This document shows, piece after piece, positions 39,675-48,896 of a DNA stretch of 64,000 bases (its first letter is position 1; each line of letters begins with the position of its first letter). Made by a program: the position numbers and the translations under genes. Source of the DNA: an uncultured bacterium. GTDB taxonomy: Bacteria > Chloroflexota > UBA5177 > JANWHV01. Below the pieces are notes generated by a model. That model saw only the letters and a list, made by a program, of their open reading frames with translations, did no database searches and was not told the origin of the DNA. Location of the stretch: positions 32,001 through 96,000 of the forward strand of contig CAVSOU010000017.1 in NCBI GenBank assembly GCA_963729625.1. Reading direction: 5' to 3'.

Positions 39675-41171
39675 ATGTTGATGCTCAAGACTCGTGGACT
39701 GGAACATGGAGGCCCAGGGCAACCCGCCTGGCCTCTAGGCAGAAAACTCTTTGCATGGGTTGCCGCCCTTTTCCTCGTCACAACTCTCTTCTCTGGCACC
39801 GCCACCGCTCTACCGCGTGCCGCCGCGGCGGGAACGTCGATTACCGTGCTGACGGTGGGGGATCCGTTCGAATACCAGCTGGTCAAGCTTCTCCCGCAGT
39901 TCCAGAAAGCAACCGGGATCAGCGTGAAGCTGGAGTCCGTCTCCTACGACCAGATGCACGGGCAGCTGGTCAACGCGGCGATCACCCACTCCAGCACGTT
40001 TGACGTGGTGACGCCCGATGCGATGTGGATCTCGGAGTTCGTCGACAACGGCTGGATTCAGCAGCTCGACAGCTATATCAAAGCGAACAAGGCCGAAGTG
40101 CAGCCCGCCGACCTCATCCCCGCCGTCGTATGGAGCCTGGGCGAGTGGAAGGGGCACATGTACGCGCTGCCGATTGCGGCTTACGGACAGGATGTCCTGT
40201 ACCGCACGGACGTGTTCTCGGCCCTGCACCTGCAGGCCCCGCCCGCGGACGCGGCCAGCTGGTGGACCTGGGAGCAGTACCTGAAGGACGTGCAGGCGAT
40301 CAATGGAAAGACGGTCGCCGGGACCAAGCTCAACGGCACCGTGATTGCCGGTGCGCAGCCGGCGCCGATCGTCCACATGTACACGCAGCTCGCCGCGAGC
40401 TATGGCGCGCGGTGGTTCAAATCCTTCCCGAGCAGCCCGAAGTGGGATTTCACGGTAACCCTGAACTCCCCCGCCAATATCAAGGCGCTGTCCGTGTTTA
40501 CCGCGCTCTACCACAACTCGACGCCAGCGGCGGATGCCATGAACTGGTTCCAGGCCGGCACCGAGTTTGCGCAGGGCAAGGTCGGCATGATGTACTGGTG
40601 GACGCCATACAACTACCTGGTCGACAAGGCCGGGTACGAGGTTCCGCAAGCCGCGCCGATCGTCGGCAAGTACAGTGTGGGCGTGCTGCCTTCTGAGCCG
40701 GGTGTGCCGCAGACGGTCAGCGACGGTGGTTGGAGCCTCGCCGTCAGCTCGTTCTCGTCCAAGAAGGACGCTGCCTTCAAGTTCATCGCCTGGGCTACCA
40801 GTGCCAAGACGCAGCTGGCCATGGCCCTGCAGCCCGGCTACCAGTTCAGCGATTTCGCGCATCTGTCGAACTATACGGACGCTTCGGCGCAGGCGGCCTA
40901 CCCCTATCTGGGCGCCCAGCTGAAAGCGCTGCAAGCGGGAAATGGCAAGGCCGTGCGCCCGCCAATTCCGATCTACTCCGTGCTCGAGGGACTCTACGGT
41001 ACGGCGCTAAATGAAGCCATTCGTGGAGCGTCCTCGCCCGCGGACACGCTGGCCAGCGTGTCCAAGCAATTCAACAGCGTCCTCGGTGACGATGCATACG
41101 TTCCGTATCTCCAGCCGTCGTACAACGACACGCTGGCGAACACGGTAGCCCTGTTGAAGAGCCTCAGCTAG
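39675..41171 (+). CDS. Carbohydrate ABC (CUT1) substrate-binding protein
   Basis: Signal peptide, FQKATGISV, YALP, LYRTD, GGWSLAV. Confidence 0.9.
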   Translation: MLMLKTRGLEHGGPGQPAWPLGRKLFAWVAALFLVTTLFSGTATALPRAAAAGTSITVLTVGDPFEYQLVKLLPQFQKATGISVKLESVSYDQMHGQLVNAAITHSSTFDVVTPDAMWISEFVDNGWIQQLDSYIKANKAEVQPADLIPAVVWSLGEWKGHMYALPIAAYGQDVLYRTDVFSALHLQAPPADAASWWTWEQYLKDVQAINGKTVAGTKLNGTVIAGAQPAPIVHMYTQLAASYGARWFKSFPSSPKWDFTVTLNSPANIKALSVFTALYHNSTPAADAMNWFQAGTEFAQGKVGMMYWWTPYNYLVDKAGYEVPQAAPIVGKYSVGVLPSEPGVPQTVSDGGWSLAVSSFSSKKDAAFKFIAWATSAKTQLAMALQPGYQFSDFAHLSNYTDASAQAAYPYLGAQLKALQAGNGKAVRPPIPIYSVLEGLYGTALNEAIRGASSPADTLASVSKQFNSVLGDDAYVPYLQPSYNDTLANTVALLKSLS

Positions 41172-41183
41172 CAAACACGGTCG

Positions 41184-41230
41184 ACCGGCGCAGGATGCCG
41201 CCCAGGCAACTGGCGGCATCCTGCGCCGGT
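41184..41230. promoter_or_regulatory. Perfect 19-bp-stem hairpin after the SBP gene (mRNA stabiliser/attenuator)
   Basis: ACCGGCGCAGGATGCCGCC-9 nt-GGCGGCATCCTGCGCCGGT; no U-tract. Confidence 0.7.
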
Positions 41231-41246
41231 TCGCGAGGGGAATGTC

Positions 41247-42152
41247 ATGGTCAACAGCAGTCTTTGGTCCCGGCGATGGCTTCGAAAGCTGGAGCCGCTC
41301 TGGTTTATCGGCCCCGCCGTGTTGCTGCTCATGGCGCTCGTCATCTACCCGCTGGTCTATTCGCTGCGCCACAGTCTGGAGCACTGGGACCTGGAACTTG
41401 CGCCCAATCCGCTCGGCTCGGTGGGCCTGCGAAACTATGATCGTATCCTCTCCGATTCTACCTTCTGGTCGGCCGCCCTGTTCACCGTCGAGTTTGTCGC
41501 CATCGCCGTCGGCGTCGAGCTGGTTCTGGGCACCGCGCTCGCTCTCCTGCTCGATCAGCGCCTGCCGGGGACCCAGCTCGCGCGCACGCTGATTATCATG
41601 CCCACCGCCGTGGCGCCGATCGTGGCGGGCTTCATGTTCCGCTACATGTACTTTCCCGGCAATGGCGTCATTGCCTACCTTGCCTCCCTTGTCGGTATTC
41701 CGGTTCCGGACACCGGCGTGCTGGGCTCGCCAAGCTGGGCGCCGCCGGGGCTGGAGATCACCGACATCTGGCAGTGGACGCCATTCGTCGCCCTGGTGGT
41801 GCTGGCAGGCATTCAGTCGGTGCCGCAAGAGATCATCGAGGCCGCGCGGGTTGACGGGGCCGGCGCGGTGAGCCTCTTCTGGCGCATCATCGTGCCGCAG
41901 CTGCGCTTCATCGTGGCCATCGTGCTGATCATCCGCATCATGCAGACCTTCAACGTGTTCGACGTCGTGTTCGCGGAGACCACCGGTGGTCCCGGCACGG
42001 CGACGACGTCGCTGAGCTACCTGCTGTACTTGCAAGGCATGCGCTACTACAACATCGGTTACGCCTTTGCCATGGCCTGGATCATCACGGGTCTGGCAGT
42101 CATCTTTGTGAACGTGTACATTTTGGTAGCCTTCCGGGGGATAGACGTATGA
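41247..42152 (+). CDS. Carbohydrate ABC permease (MalF-like)
   Basis: DIWQWTPF, EAARVDGA EAA loop. Confidence 0.93.
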   Translation: MVNSSLWSRRWLRKLEPLWFIGPAVLLLMALVIYPLVYSLRHSLEHWDLELAPNPLGSVGLRNYDRILSDSTFWSAALFTVEFVAIAVGVELVLGTALALLLDQRLPGTQLARTLIIMPTAVAPIVAGFMFRYMYFPGNGVIAYLASLVGIPVPDTGVLGSPSWAPPGLEITDIWQWTPFVALVVLAGIQSVPQEIIEAARVDGAGAVSLFWRIIVPQLRFIVAIVLIIRIMQTFNVFDVVFAETTGGPGTATTSLSYLLYLQGMRYYNIGYAFAMAWIITGLAVIFVNVYILVAFRGIDV

Positions 42153-43015
42153 GCGAGCAGATGCCCCCAGCCCGCTTGTTGTCCCCGCGCCTTCGGCGCC
42201 TGCTCGGCCGGGCGGCGTTGATGATCGCCCTCATCGTGCTGCTGTTCCTGTTTCTTGGCCCGCTGCTCTGGTTCCTGGCTCTGTCACTTCGCCCGGTGAC
42301 CAGTGATTTCGATGTGCCCCCGAATCTGTCTTTCACACCGTCCCTCTGGGCCTTCCACGACACGTTTGTCTCGCCAGGCGGGAACCTGGCGAACCTCAAG
42401 GCGAGCCTAGTCGAGGCGGCCGGCACCCTGCTGATCACGGCGCCTTTGTCTATCCTGGCGGCCTACGGCTTCTCCCGCTATCAATTCCGAGGACGCCGTT
42501 TCATGCTGCTCTGGATGCTCACGTTGCTGCTCACGCCGCCGATCGGCATGCTCCTGCCGAACTACATCATTATGAACAACCTCGGTCTTATCGGCACGTA
42601 CCCGGTGCTTATGCTGATGTACCAGACGTTCACCTTGCCGTTGACGATCTGGCTACTGCGCGGCTTCATGAACGACATCCCGGTGGCTATTGAAGAGGCC
42701 GCGATCATCGACGGCGCCACCCGCCTGGAGGCGCTGCGCTATATCGTGATTCCGCTCTGCGCGCCCGGCATCCTGGTGGCGTTGATGTTCGCCTTTGTCT
42801 TCTCCTGGAACAACACCGTCTTTCCGCTGGCCATGTCCAACACGGATACGCAGCCGTTGCCTATCGGCACGCTCAACTATTTTGCCACCACGGGCGTGAC
42901 CTGGAATTATATCGGGGCAGATTCGATCGTCACCATTCTGCCGCCTGCCATACTGTTCTTCTTGTTCCGCCGCTACATCGTCAAGGGGCTCACGTTTGGC
43001 GCCGTCGCGGGTTGA
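42149..43015 (+). CDS. Carbohydrate ABC permease (MalG-like)
   Basis: IEEAAIIDGA, FSWN, GLTFGAV. Confidence 0.93.
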   Translation: MSEQMPPARLLSPRLRRLLGRAALMIALIVLLFLFLGPLLWFLALSLRPVTSDFDVPPNLSFTPSLWAFHDTFVSPGGNLANLKASLVEAAGTLLITAPLSILAAYGFSRYQFRGRRFMLLWMLTLLLTPPIGMLLPNYIIMNNLGLIGTYPVLMLMYQTFTLPLTIWLLRGFMNDIPVAIEEAAIIDGATRLEALRYIVIPLCAPGILVALMFAFVFSWNNTVFPLAMSNTDTQPLPIGTLNYFATTGVTWNYIGADSIVTILPPAILFFLFRRYIVKGLTFGAVAG

Positions 43016-43023
43016 GGACGTCC

Positions 43024-43152
43024 ATGATCATGGAAGGGGAATTGGTACTGCACGATGTCGATGTGCCGGCGGTCGAAGCGGCCGCGCCAACGCTGTTGGG
43101 AGCTGGCGACGGTGAGCTGTATTGTTGTTACAGGAAAGAGGTTTTGAAGTGA
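43024..43152 (+). pseudogene. 42-aa ORF, possible sialidase/BNR-protein N-terminal remnant
   Basis: GAGGA RBS; ..AAPTLLGAGDGELYCCYRK; stop overlaps the next GTG. Confidence 0.4.
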
Positions 43153-44210
43153 CGGATAAGGTACGGATGGCTGTCGTGGGCCTGGGCATGTGGGGCCAGA
43201 ATCATTGCCTGGCCTTTGGCGACTATCACAGAAGCGAGCTGGCCGCGGTGTGCGACGTCGACGCGAAGCGGGCCGCACAGTATGCCGCTACCTACACGTG
43301 CAAGGCCGTGCAGGACTACCACGAGATCGCCGCCGATCCCGCTATCGACGCTGTGAGCGTCGCGACACCCGACCCGAAGCACTTTGCGGTCGTGCTCGAG
43401 ATGCTACGGGCGGGCAAACACGTATTCGTGGAGAAGCCGCTCGTCACCAAGGTCGACGAAGCCGTTGCCCTGGTTGAAGCCGCCAGGGGGCGTCCCGTGA
43501 CGACGATGGTCGATTTCCACTCGCGTTGGATTCCTTCGTACATCGCGATCAAGGATGCCCTGGACAACGGCGAGCTTGGACGGCCCGTCATGGGCTACAT
43601 CCGGCTGAGCGACGCCATCGAAGTGGCCCTGCAGTGGCTGCCGTGGGCGGCCGATTCCGGGCCGCAGTGGTTCCTGTTCCCCCACATCGCCGATCTCATG
43701 TATTGGTACTTCGGTGCTGTTCCCGAGTCGGTGTATGCCGTCGGCAGCAAGGGCGTGCTGTCGTCGAAGGGCGTCGACACGTACGATACGATTCAGGCGC
43801 TTTTGCGCTTCCAGGGCGGTGGCTTCACCACGCTCGAATCGAGCTGGATCGTGCCGAACGGATCGGCAAACGTGATCGACTGCCAGATGGCCTTGTACGG
43901 CACCGAGGGCCGGGTCGAGCTCAATTATGACAACTACGGCCTCGAAATTACCAGGGAGAGAGTGCGATATCCGTTCATCTCGGGCGGGAAACCGAACCGG
44001 TACGGCCACCTGGATGGTTACGTGTTTGAACCGATGCGCACGTTCGTGGACTGCATTCTCGATGGGAAGGCGAGCCCGACTCCCCTCGAGACTGGCCTGG
44101 TGAATACGTCTATTATTGACGCCTGTTTGCGCTCCATCGCAAGCGGCGTGCCGGAGTCCTTGCACGGGTTGCACGCACTGGACGGAAAGCCCGAGACTGC
44201 TGCGCACTGA
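43149..44210 (+). CDS. Gfo/Idh/MocA oxidoreductase
   Basis: VVGLGMWG, TPDPKH, VEKPL, ESSWIVP. Confidence 0.92.
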   Translation: MTDKVRMAVVGLGMWGQNHCLAFGDYHRSELAAVCDVDAKRAAQYAATYTCKAVQDYHEIAADPAIDAVSVATPDPKHFAVVLEMLRAGKHVFVEKPLVTKVDEAVALVEAARGRPVTTMVDFHSRWIPSYIAIKDALDNGELGRPVMGYIRLSDAIEVALQWLPWAADSGPQWFLFPHIADLMYWYFGAVPESVYAVGSKGVLSSKGVDTYDTIQALLRFQGGGFTTLESSWIVPNGSANVIDCQMALYGTEGRVELNYDNYGLEITRERVRYPFISGGKPNRYGHLDGYVFEPMRTFVDCILDGKASPTPLETGLVNTSIIDACLRSIASGVPESLHGLHALDGKPETAAH

Positions 44211-44484
44211 TCGTGTTCGAGGCGCCCGCGTTTCTCCCGGAGTGAAGATAGCAATGACCGGAATAATCGCGGATAGGGTACTTCGAGGAGCACAGTCCAG
44301 CATCGCAGTCAGGTGTCAGGGCTGTTCAGTTGTTGTTGACCAAGCTGGGAGACGCTGCCATCCGAGGTCGTGGGCACGTGATTTGCCAGACGGAGCGGGC
44401 AGGACACCCGCACGCGGGTCCCGGCGGTCCCAGGCCCGTCGACATGCCCCTGCTACGAGCATTGAACAGCCCTGGTCAGGTCCG

Positions 44485-45432
44485 ATGACTAGTGAGCACG
44501 AGTACGCGAAGGTGGAACATACGATGGCGATGGAAGAGCACATCCGTAGTATTCCCGCCATGCTGCGCGAGAGCCACGAGCGAGTAGCAGCATCTCGGGA
44601 CATCCTGGCGCCGCTGATTGACGGTCCCCTGGTCATTCTCGGCTGCGGCACATCCCATAGCGTCGCCCAGGCCGCGGCGTCGCTCTACGAGCAGGAGCGC
44701 CATGCGCCGGCCCAGGCGATCCTGCCGTCCGACTATGTGCCGCGCCGAGACTGGATGCACATCGCCATCAGCCGAACGGGCCAGACAACCGAAGTCGTCG
44801 AGGCCATGCAACGTGTGCGAGCAGCGGGCGCGCGATGCCTCCTGCTGGCTGGAGCCGTCGAGTCGCACGCTGCTCGCTATGCCGATCAGGTTCTCCTCCT
44901 GGAGTTTGCCGCCGAGGAGGGCGTCATCCAGACGCGCTTTATCGCCGTCGCTTTCGAGGCCTTGCGCAGCCTGATCTTGGGGGCAGCGGCTGCGGCGGAG
45001 CTCGACGATCTGCCGGCCCGTGTGGAGCGCGGTCTCACCGCGTTTGATGCAGGTCCGCTGATCGCCTACGACCATGTAGTGTTCTTGGGCCGCGGCTGGC
45101 GTCATGGACTGGCGCAGGCAGCCGCGCTCAACCTGCAGGAAACGACGCTGTTGGTTCCCGAGTCACATCAAACACTGGATTATCGGCACGGCCCTATTTC
45201 CGCCGCGGACGAACGCACGCTGGTGTGGTCCTTCGATGCCGAGGACGATGCCGAGAGCGCCTCGGTGCTGGCCGACGTGCGAAAGACCGGAGCAAAAATA
45301 TATGCCGTCTCAGATGATCCGCTGATCACCCTGGCCTGTGCGCAGATGACGGCTCTTGCCAAAGCGCGGGCGCGCGGCATCGATCCGAGCTCGCCCAGGC
45401 ACCTCGTGCGCGCTGTCGTCCTTGAACGATAG
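44485..45432 (+). CDS. Double-SIS-domain sugar-phosphate isomerase/deaminase (GlmS-C/FrlB/AgaS-like)
   Basis: LGCGTS, ISRTGQTTE, LGRG, LNLQE, YRHGP, PRHLVRAV. Confidence 0.88.
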   Translation: MTSEHEYAKVEHTMAMEEHIRSIPAMLRESHERVAASRDILAPLIDGPLVILGCGTSHSVAQAAASLYEQERHAPAQAILPSDYVPRRDWMHIAISRTGQTTEVVEAMQRVRAAGARCLLLAGAVESHAARYADQVLLLEFAAEEGVIQTRFIAVAFEALRSLILGAAAAAELDDLPARVERGLTAFDAGPLIAYDHVVFLGRGWRHGLAQAAALNLQETTLLVPESHQTLDYRHGPISAADERTLVWSFDAEDDAESASVLADVRKTGAKIYAVSDDPLITLACAQMTALAKARARGIDPSSPRHLVRAVVLER

Positions 45433-45574
45433 CGGCATCTGCATCCAGGAGTACAGCGGTTGGTCGGGTGCGCAGGCTGGTCATTCTCGTCACGCGATCC
45501 GAGTCGCGCGCGGCTTGGCGGCAGGCCATCACGTGAGCTGAACGACGCGCACTGTGGAGAAATGGAGATGAGGG

Positions 45575-46663
45575 TTGCCGCCTGAATTACTGCTCGCCGA
45601 CTACGATCCCACGCCGGCCCTGGTGACGGAAAGCCATCACGTAGACAGAGCGAAGTTTCCTGCGATCGACGCACACAACCACCTCGGACGCTGGCTCACC
45701 GCGGATGGCTCGTGGGCGGCCAAGGACGTACCGGCCCTTCTGGACCTTATGGACGCCTGCAATCTCAGCGCCATCGTGAATCTGGACGGTATGTGGGAAG
45801 CGGAGCTTGAGGACAATCTGGCACGCTACGACCATGCTTACCCCGGGCGCTTCTACACGTTCGCTCAGTCCGACTGGAGCTTGGTCCAGCACTCTGACTT
45901 CGGCGCTCGCCTGGCCAACCAGCTCGTCGATAGCGTGCGGCGCGGCGCACGCGGCCTCAAGGCATGGAAAAAGCTGGGCCTGGAGTACCGCGACGCCGGC
46001 GGGGTGCTGCTACCGATCGATGATCGCCGGCTCGACGATCTCTGGGCCGCGGCCGGCGAGCTGCATGTGCCGGTGCTGATCCACATCGCGGACCCCGTGG
46101 CCTTCTTCCGACCGCTCGACGCGACGAATGAGCGCTGGGAAGAGCTGCACGCCCACCCAGACTGGCAGTTCCCGTCGCCGCCGTTCCCGTCCTTCGCCTC
46201 ACTGATGGACCAGTTCGAGGCGCTCATCGCGCGCCATCCGCTCACGACATTTATCGGAGCCCACGTCGGCTGCTACGCCGAGAACCTGCATTGGGTGGCC
46301 AGGATGCTGGACACGTACCCGAACTTCGCAGTGGACATGGCGGCGCGTCTCGGCGAGCTGGGCCGGCAGCCCTATGCCGCGAAGCGATTCTTTGAGCAGT
46401 ATGCCGGACGCATCACCTTTGGTCTCGATGTCTTTCCGCCGGCTCGTGAGGAGTATGCACCCTACTTTCGCTGGCTCGAGACTGCCGACGAGTACTTCAG
46501 CTACGGCACCACGCCGGTCGGAAGTCAGGGCCGCTGGCAGATATATGGCATAAACCTCAACGATGAGGCCTTGCGTGAAGTCTACGCGGGCACCGCTCAA
46601 CGTGTCATCGTCGAGCGGCAGCCACCGGCTGTCAGGACAGGGCCGGAGACTGTGAATCCGTAG
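45575..46663 (+). CDS. Amidohydrolase family 2 protein
   Basis: IDAHNH, GARGLK, VLIHIADP, IGAH. Confidence 0.9.
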   Translation: MPPELLLADYDPTPALVTESHHVDRAKFPAIDAHNHLGRWLTADGSWAAKDVPALLDLMDACNLSAIVNLDGMWEAELEDNLARYDHAYPGRFYTFAQSDWSLVQHSDFGARLANQLVDSVRRGARGLKAWKKLGLEYRDAGGVLLPIDDRRLDDLWAAAGELHVPVLIHIADPVAFFRPLDATNERWEELHAHPDWQFPSPPFPSFASLMDQFEALIARHPLTTFIGAHVGCYAENLHWVARMLDTYPNFAVDMAARLGELGRQPYAAKRFFEQYAGRITFGLDVFPPAREEYAPYFRWLETADEYFSYGTTPVGSQGRWQIYGINLNDEALREVYAGTAQRVIVERQPPAVRTGPETVNP

Positions 46664-46984
46664 TGCAGTGGTGATCGCGGTGAAACGGCGCCGCATGGTA
46701 GCCAATCGTCGGCAACGGTCCGGGCGCCTCGAGTCAGGCAAAGGTTGCGACCTTTGAGGCGGCAAGGACGCAAGGGAGAGAGCTAGTCACCTGGTGGAAG
46801 GAGCACACGGTGTGGTACTGACTATGGAGCTGGCGGATCGCATTGCAGCGATTCTCGACCAGGCGTTGCACGAGGTCGTGACGAGAATCTAGCCGCACGA
46901 GACTGGTACTGCCGGCGCCCGGTACCGTCGGGCGCCGGCAGGCGTGGCCTGTCGAATGCCTTGCAGGAACGAAAGGGAAGCGCT

Positions 46985-48745
46985 GTGCGCCAAACGGTCA
47001 GCATGCATATCGATCGGGACGTCCCGGTTCCCATGCGGGACGGCACGATTCTCTACGCCGATATTTACCGCCGAGATTCCAGCGAGCCGGCCCCCGTGCT
47101 CCTGGTTCGCACGCCATACAACAAGGAAGACGGTGCACACGCTCTGGTCTATATTGATGCGCTGCGCACGGTGGCGCACGGTTACACGATCGTCATTCAG
47201 GACGTGCGGGGACGGTTCAAGTCCGAGGGTGTCTTCAACCCGTACTTTCAGGAGATCGATGACGGGTACGACAGCGTTGAATGGTGCGCAACACAACTGT
47301 GGTCGACCGGTTCCGTGGGTATGTACGGCGGGTCCTACGTGGGCTCCGTGCAGTGGCTTGCCGCCATCGCCCAGCCGCCACACTTAACGTGCATCGTGCC
47401 CATGGTCACCTCGTCGGATCTCTATGAAGGCTGGACATATCAGGGGGGCGCCCTACAGTGGGGGTTCATGGTAACCTGGGTTCTCACCATGCTTGCGTCC
47501 GAGGGCCTGATCCGCAAGCGCCATGAAGACCCGAACTTCGAGGATCGGTATCGCGAGATGGTCGCGCTGGTCGACAACATGTCCCCGGGATTCAATGTGC
47601 TGCCTCCTGCCGATCTCCCCCTGGTGAAGGAGTTTGCTCCCTACTTCATAGACTGGCTGAGCCATGAGAGTCGAGACGACTTCTGGACGGCGATCAGCGT
47701 TCAAGACCGGCATTCCCTTGTGCGGGTACCGGCACTGAATTTTGGCGGCTGGTACGACATCTTTCAGGGCGGTACGCTCCGCAACTTCGCAGGGGTGCGC
47801 AAAGAAGGGGGCACGCCGGAAGCGCGGAATGGGACACGCCTTCTGATGGGTCCATGGCACCACCAGATCCCGACGACCAACGTGATCGGCAGCCACGATT
47901 TTGGCATTACGTCGAGTCGCAGCCTTTCGCCACTTGGCTACGACTCCGACGGAGAGGTTCTGCGATTCTTCGACTACTGGCTCAAGGGCATCGACGACGG
48001 ATTCGAGAAGGAGCCGCCCATCAAACTCTTTGTCATGGGCGAGAATCGATGGCAGCTTGAATCGGAATGGCCGCCGGCGCGTGCCCAGTACACCAGCTAC
48101 TTCCTGCATAGCGACGGCAACGCAAACTCGTCGGGCGGCACGGGGTCCCTTACGCCGGAGCTGCCGAAAGAGGAACCGTCGGATGTGTATCTCTACGATC
48201 CCCACCACCCGGTTCCCACACATGGCGGACAGTTGTGCTGTTACCCGCCGGCTCTACCGTACGGGGCCTTCGATCAGAGCCGCGTTGAAGAACGACAGGA
48301 CGTACTGGTCTTCAGCACTCCCCCGCTTGACCACGATCTTGCCGTGATTGGACCTGTGTCGCTCACACTCTGGGCTGCGACATCCGCTCCCGACACGGAC
48401 TTCACGGCGAAGCTGGTCGACGTATCTGCCGCCGGATACGCCCGCAATGTGACAGACGGGATCGTTCGGGCTCGTTACCGGGATGGAACGGACCGGCCTA
48501 GGCCGATCACGCCGGGCATGAGCCTACGGTACACCATTGACCTTGGGTCGACCTGCAACGTATTCAAGCAGGGGCACCGCATTCTCCTGGAAGTATCCAG
48601 CAGCAACTTCCCGCGTTTCGACCGCAACCCAAACACCGGGCGTGCCGTCCACGCGGACAGTGAATTGCGTCCCGCCAAACAGAGTATCTACCACGACGCG
48701 CAGCGCCCATCCTGCCTGATCCTGCCGATCGTCCACGACGTATAG
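46985..48745 (+). CDS. CocE/NonD-family serine hydrolase
   Basis: RTPYNK, QDVRGRF, GGSYVG, GGWYD, GPWHH, SSSNFPRFDRN. Confidence 0.93.
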   Translation: MRQTVSMHIDRDVPVPMRDGTILYADIYRRDSSEPAPVLLVRTPYNKEDGAHALVYIDALRTVAHGYTIVIQDVRGRFKSEGVFNPYFQEIDDGYDSVEWCATQLWSTGSVGMYGGSYVGSVQWLAAIAQPPHLTCIVPMVTSSDLYEGWTYQGGALQWGFMVTWVLTMLASEGLIRKRHEDPNFEDRYREMVALVDNMSPGFNVLPPADLPLVKEFAPYFIDWLSHESRDDFWTAISVQDRHSLVRVPALNFGGWYDIFQGGTLRNFAGVRKEGGTPEARNGTRLLMGPWHHQIPTTNVIGSHDFGITSSRSLSPLGYDSDGEVLRFFDYWLKGIDDGFEKEPPIKLFVMGENRWQLESEWPPARAQYTSYFLHSDGNANSSGGTGSLTPELPKEEPSDVYLYDPHHPVPTHGGQLCCYPPALPYGAFDQSRVEERQDVLVFSTPPLDHDLAVIGPVSLTLWAATSAPDTDFTAKLVDVSAAGYARNVTDGIVRARYRDGTDRPRPITPGMSLRYTIDLGSTCNVFKQGHRILLEVSSSNFPRFDRNPNTGRAVHADSELRPAKQSIYHDAQRPSCLILPIVHDV

Positions 48746-48814
48746 GGAACGGCTCGGGTCGACAAATAGTCGCCTGACTCGCCGGGGGCAAGCCGAGACG
48801 ACCGGGAACTGTAT

Positions 48815-48856
48815 GCCCGACCCACGATGGACTGACGATCTCATCGTGGGTCGGGC
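48815..48856. terminator. Hairpin between convergent genes
   Basis: Perfect 15-bp inverted repeat GCCCGACCCACGATG-12 nt-CATCGTGGGTCGGGC. Confidence 0.7.
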
Positions 48857-48896
48857 CAGACTATGGATCAGCGCTCACGCGCGCATCCTCAGGTCA

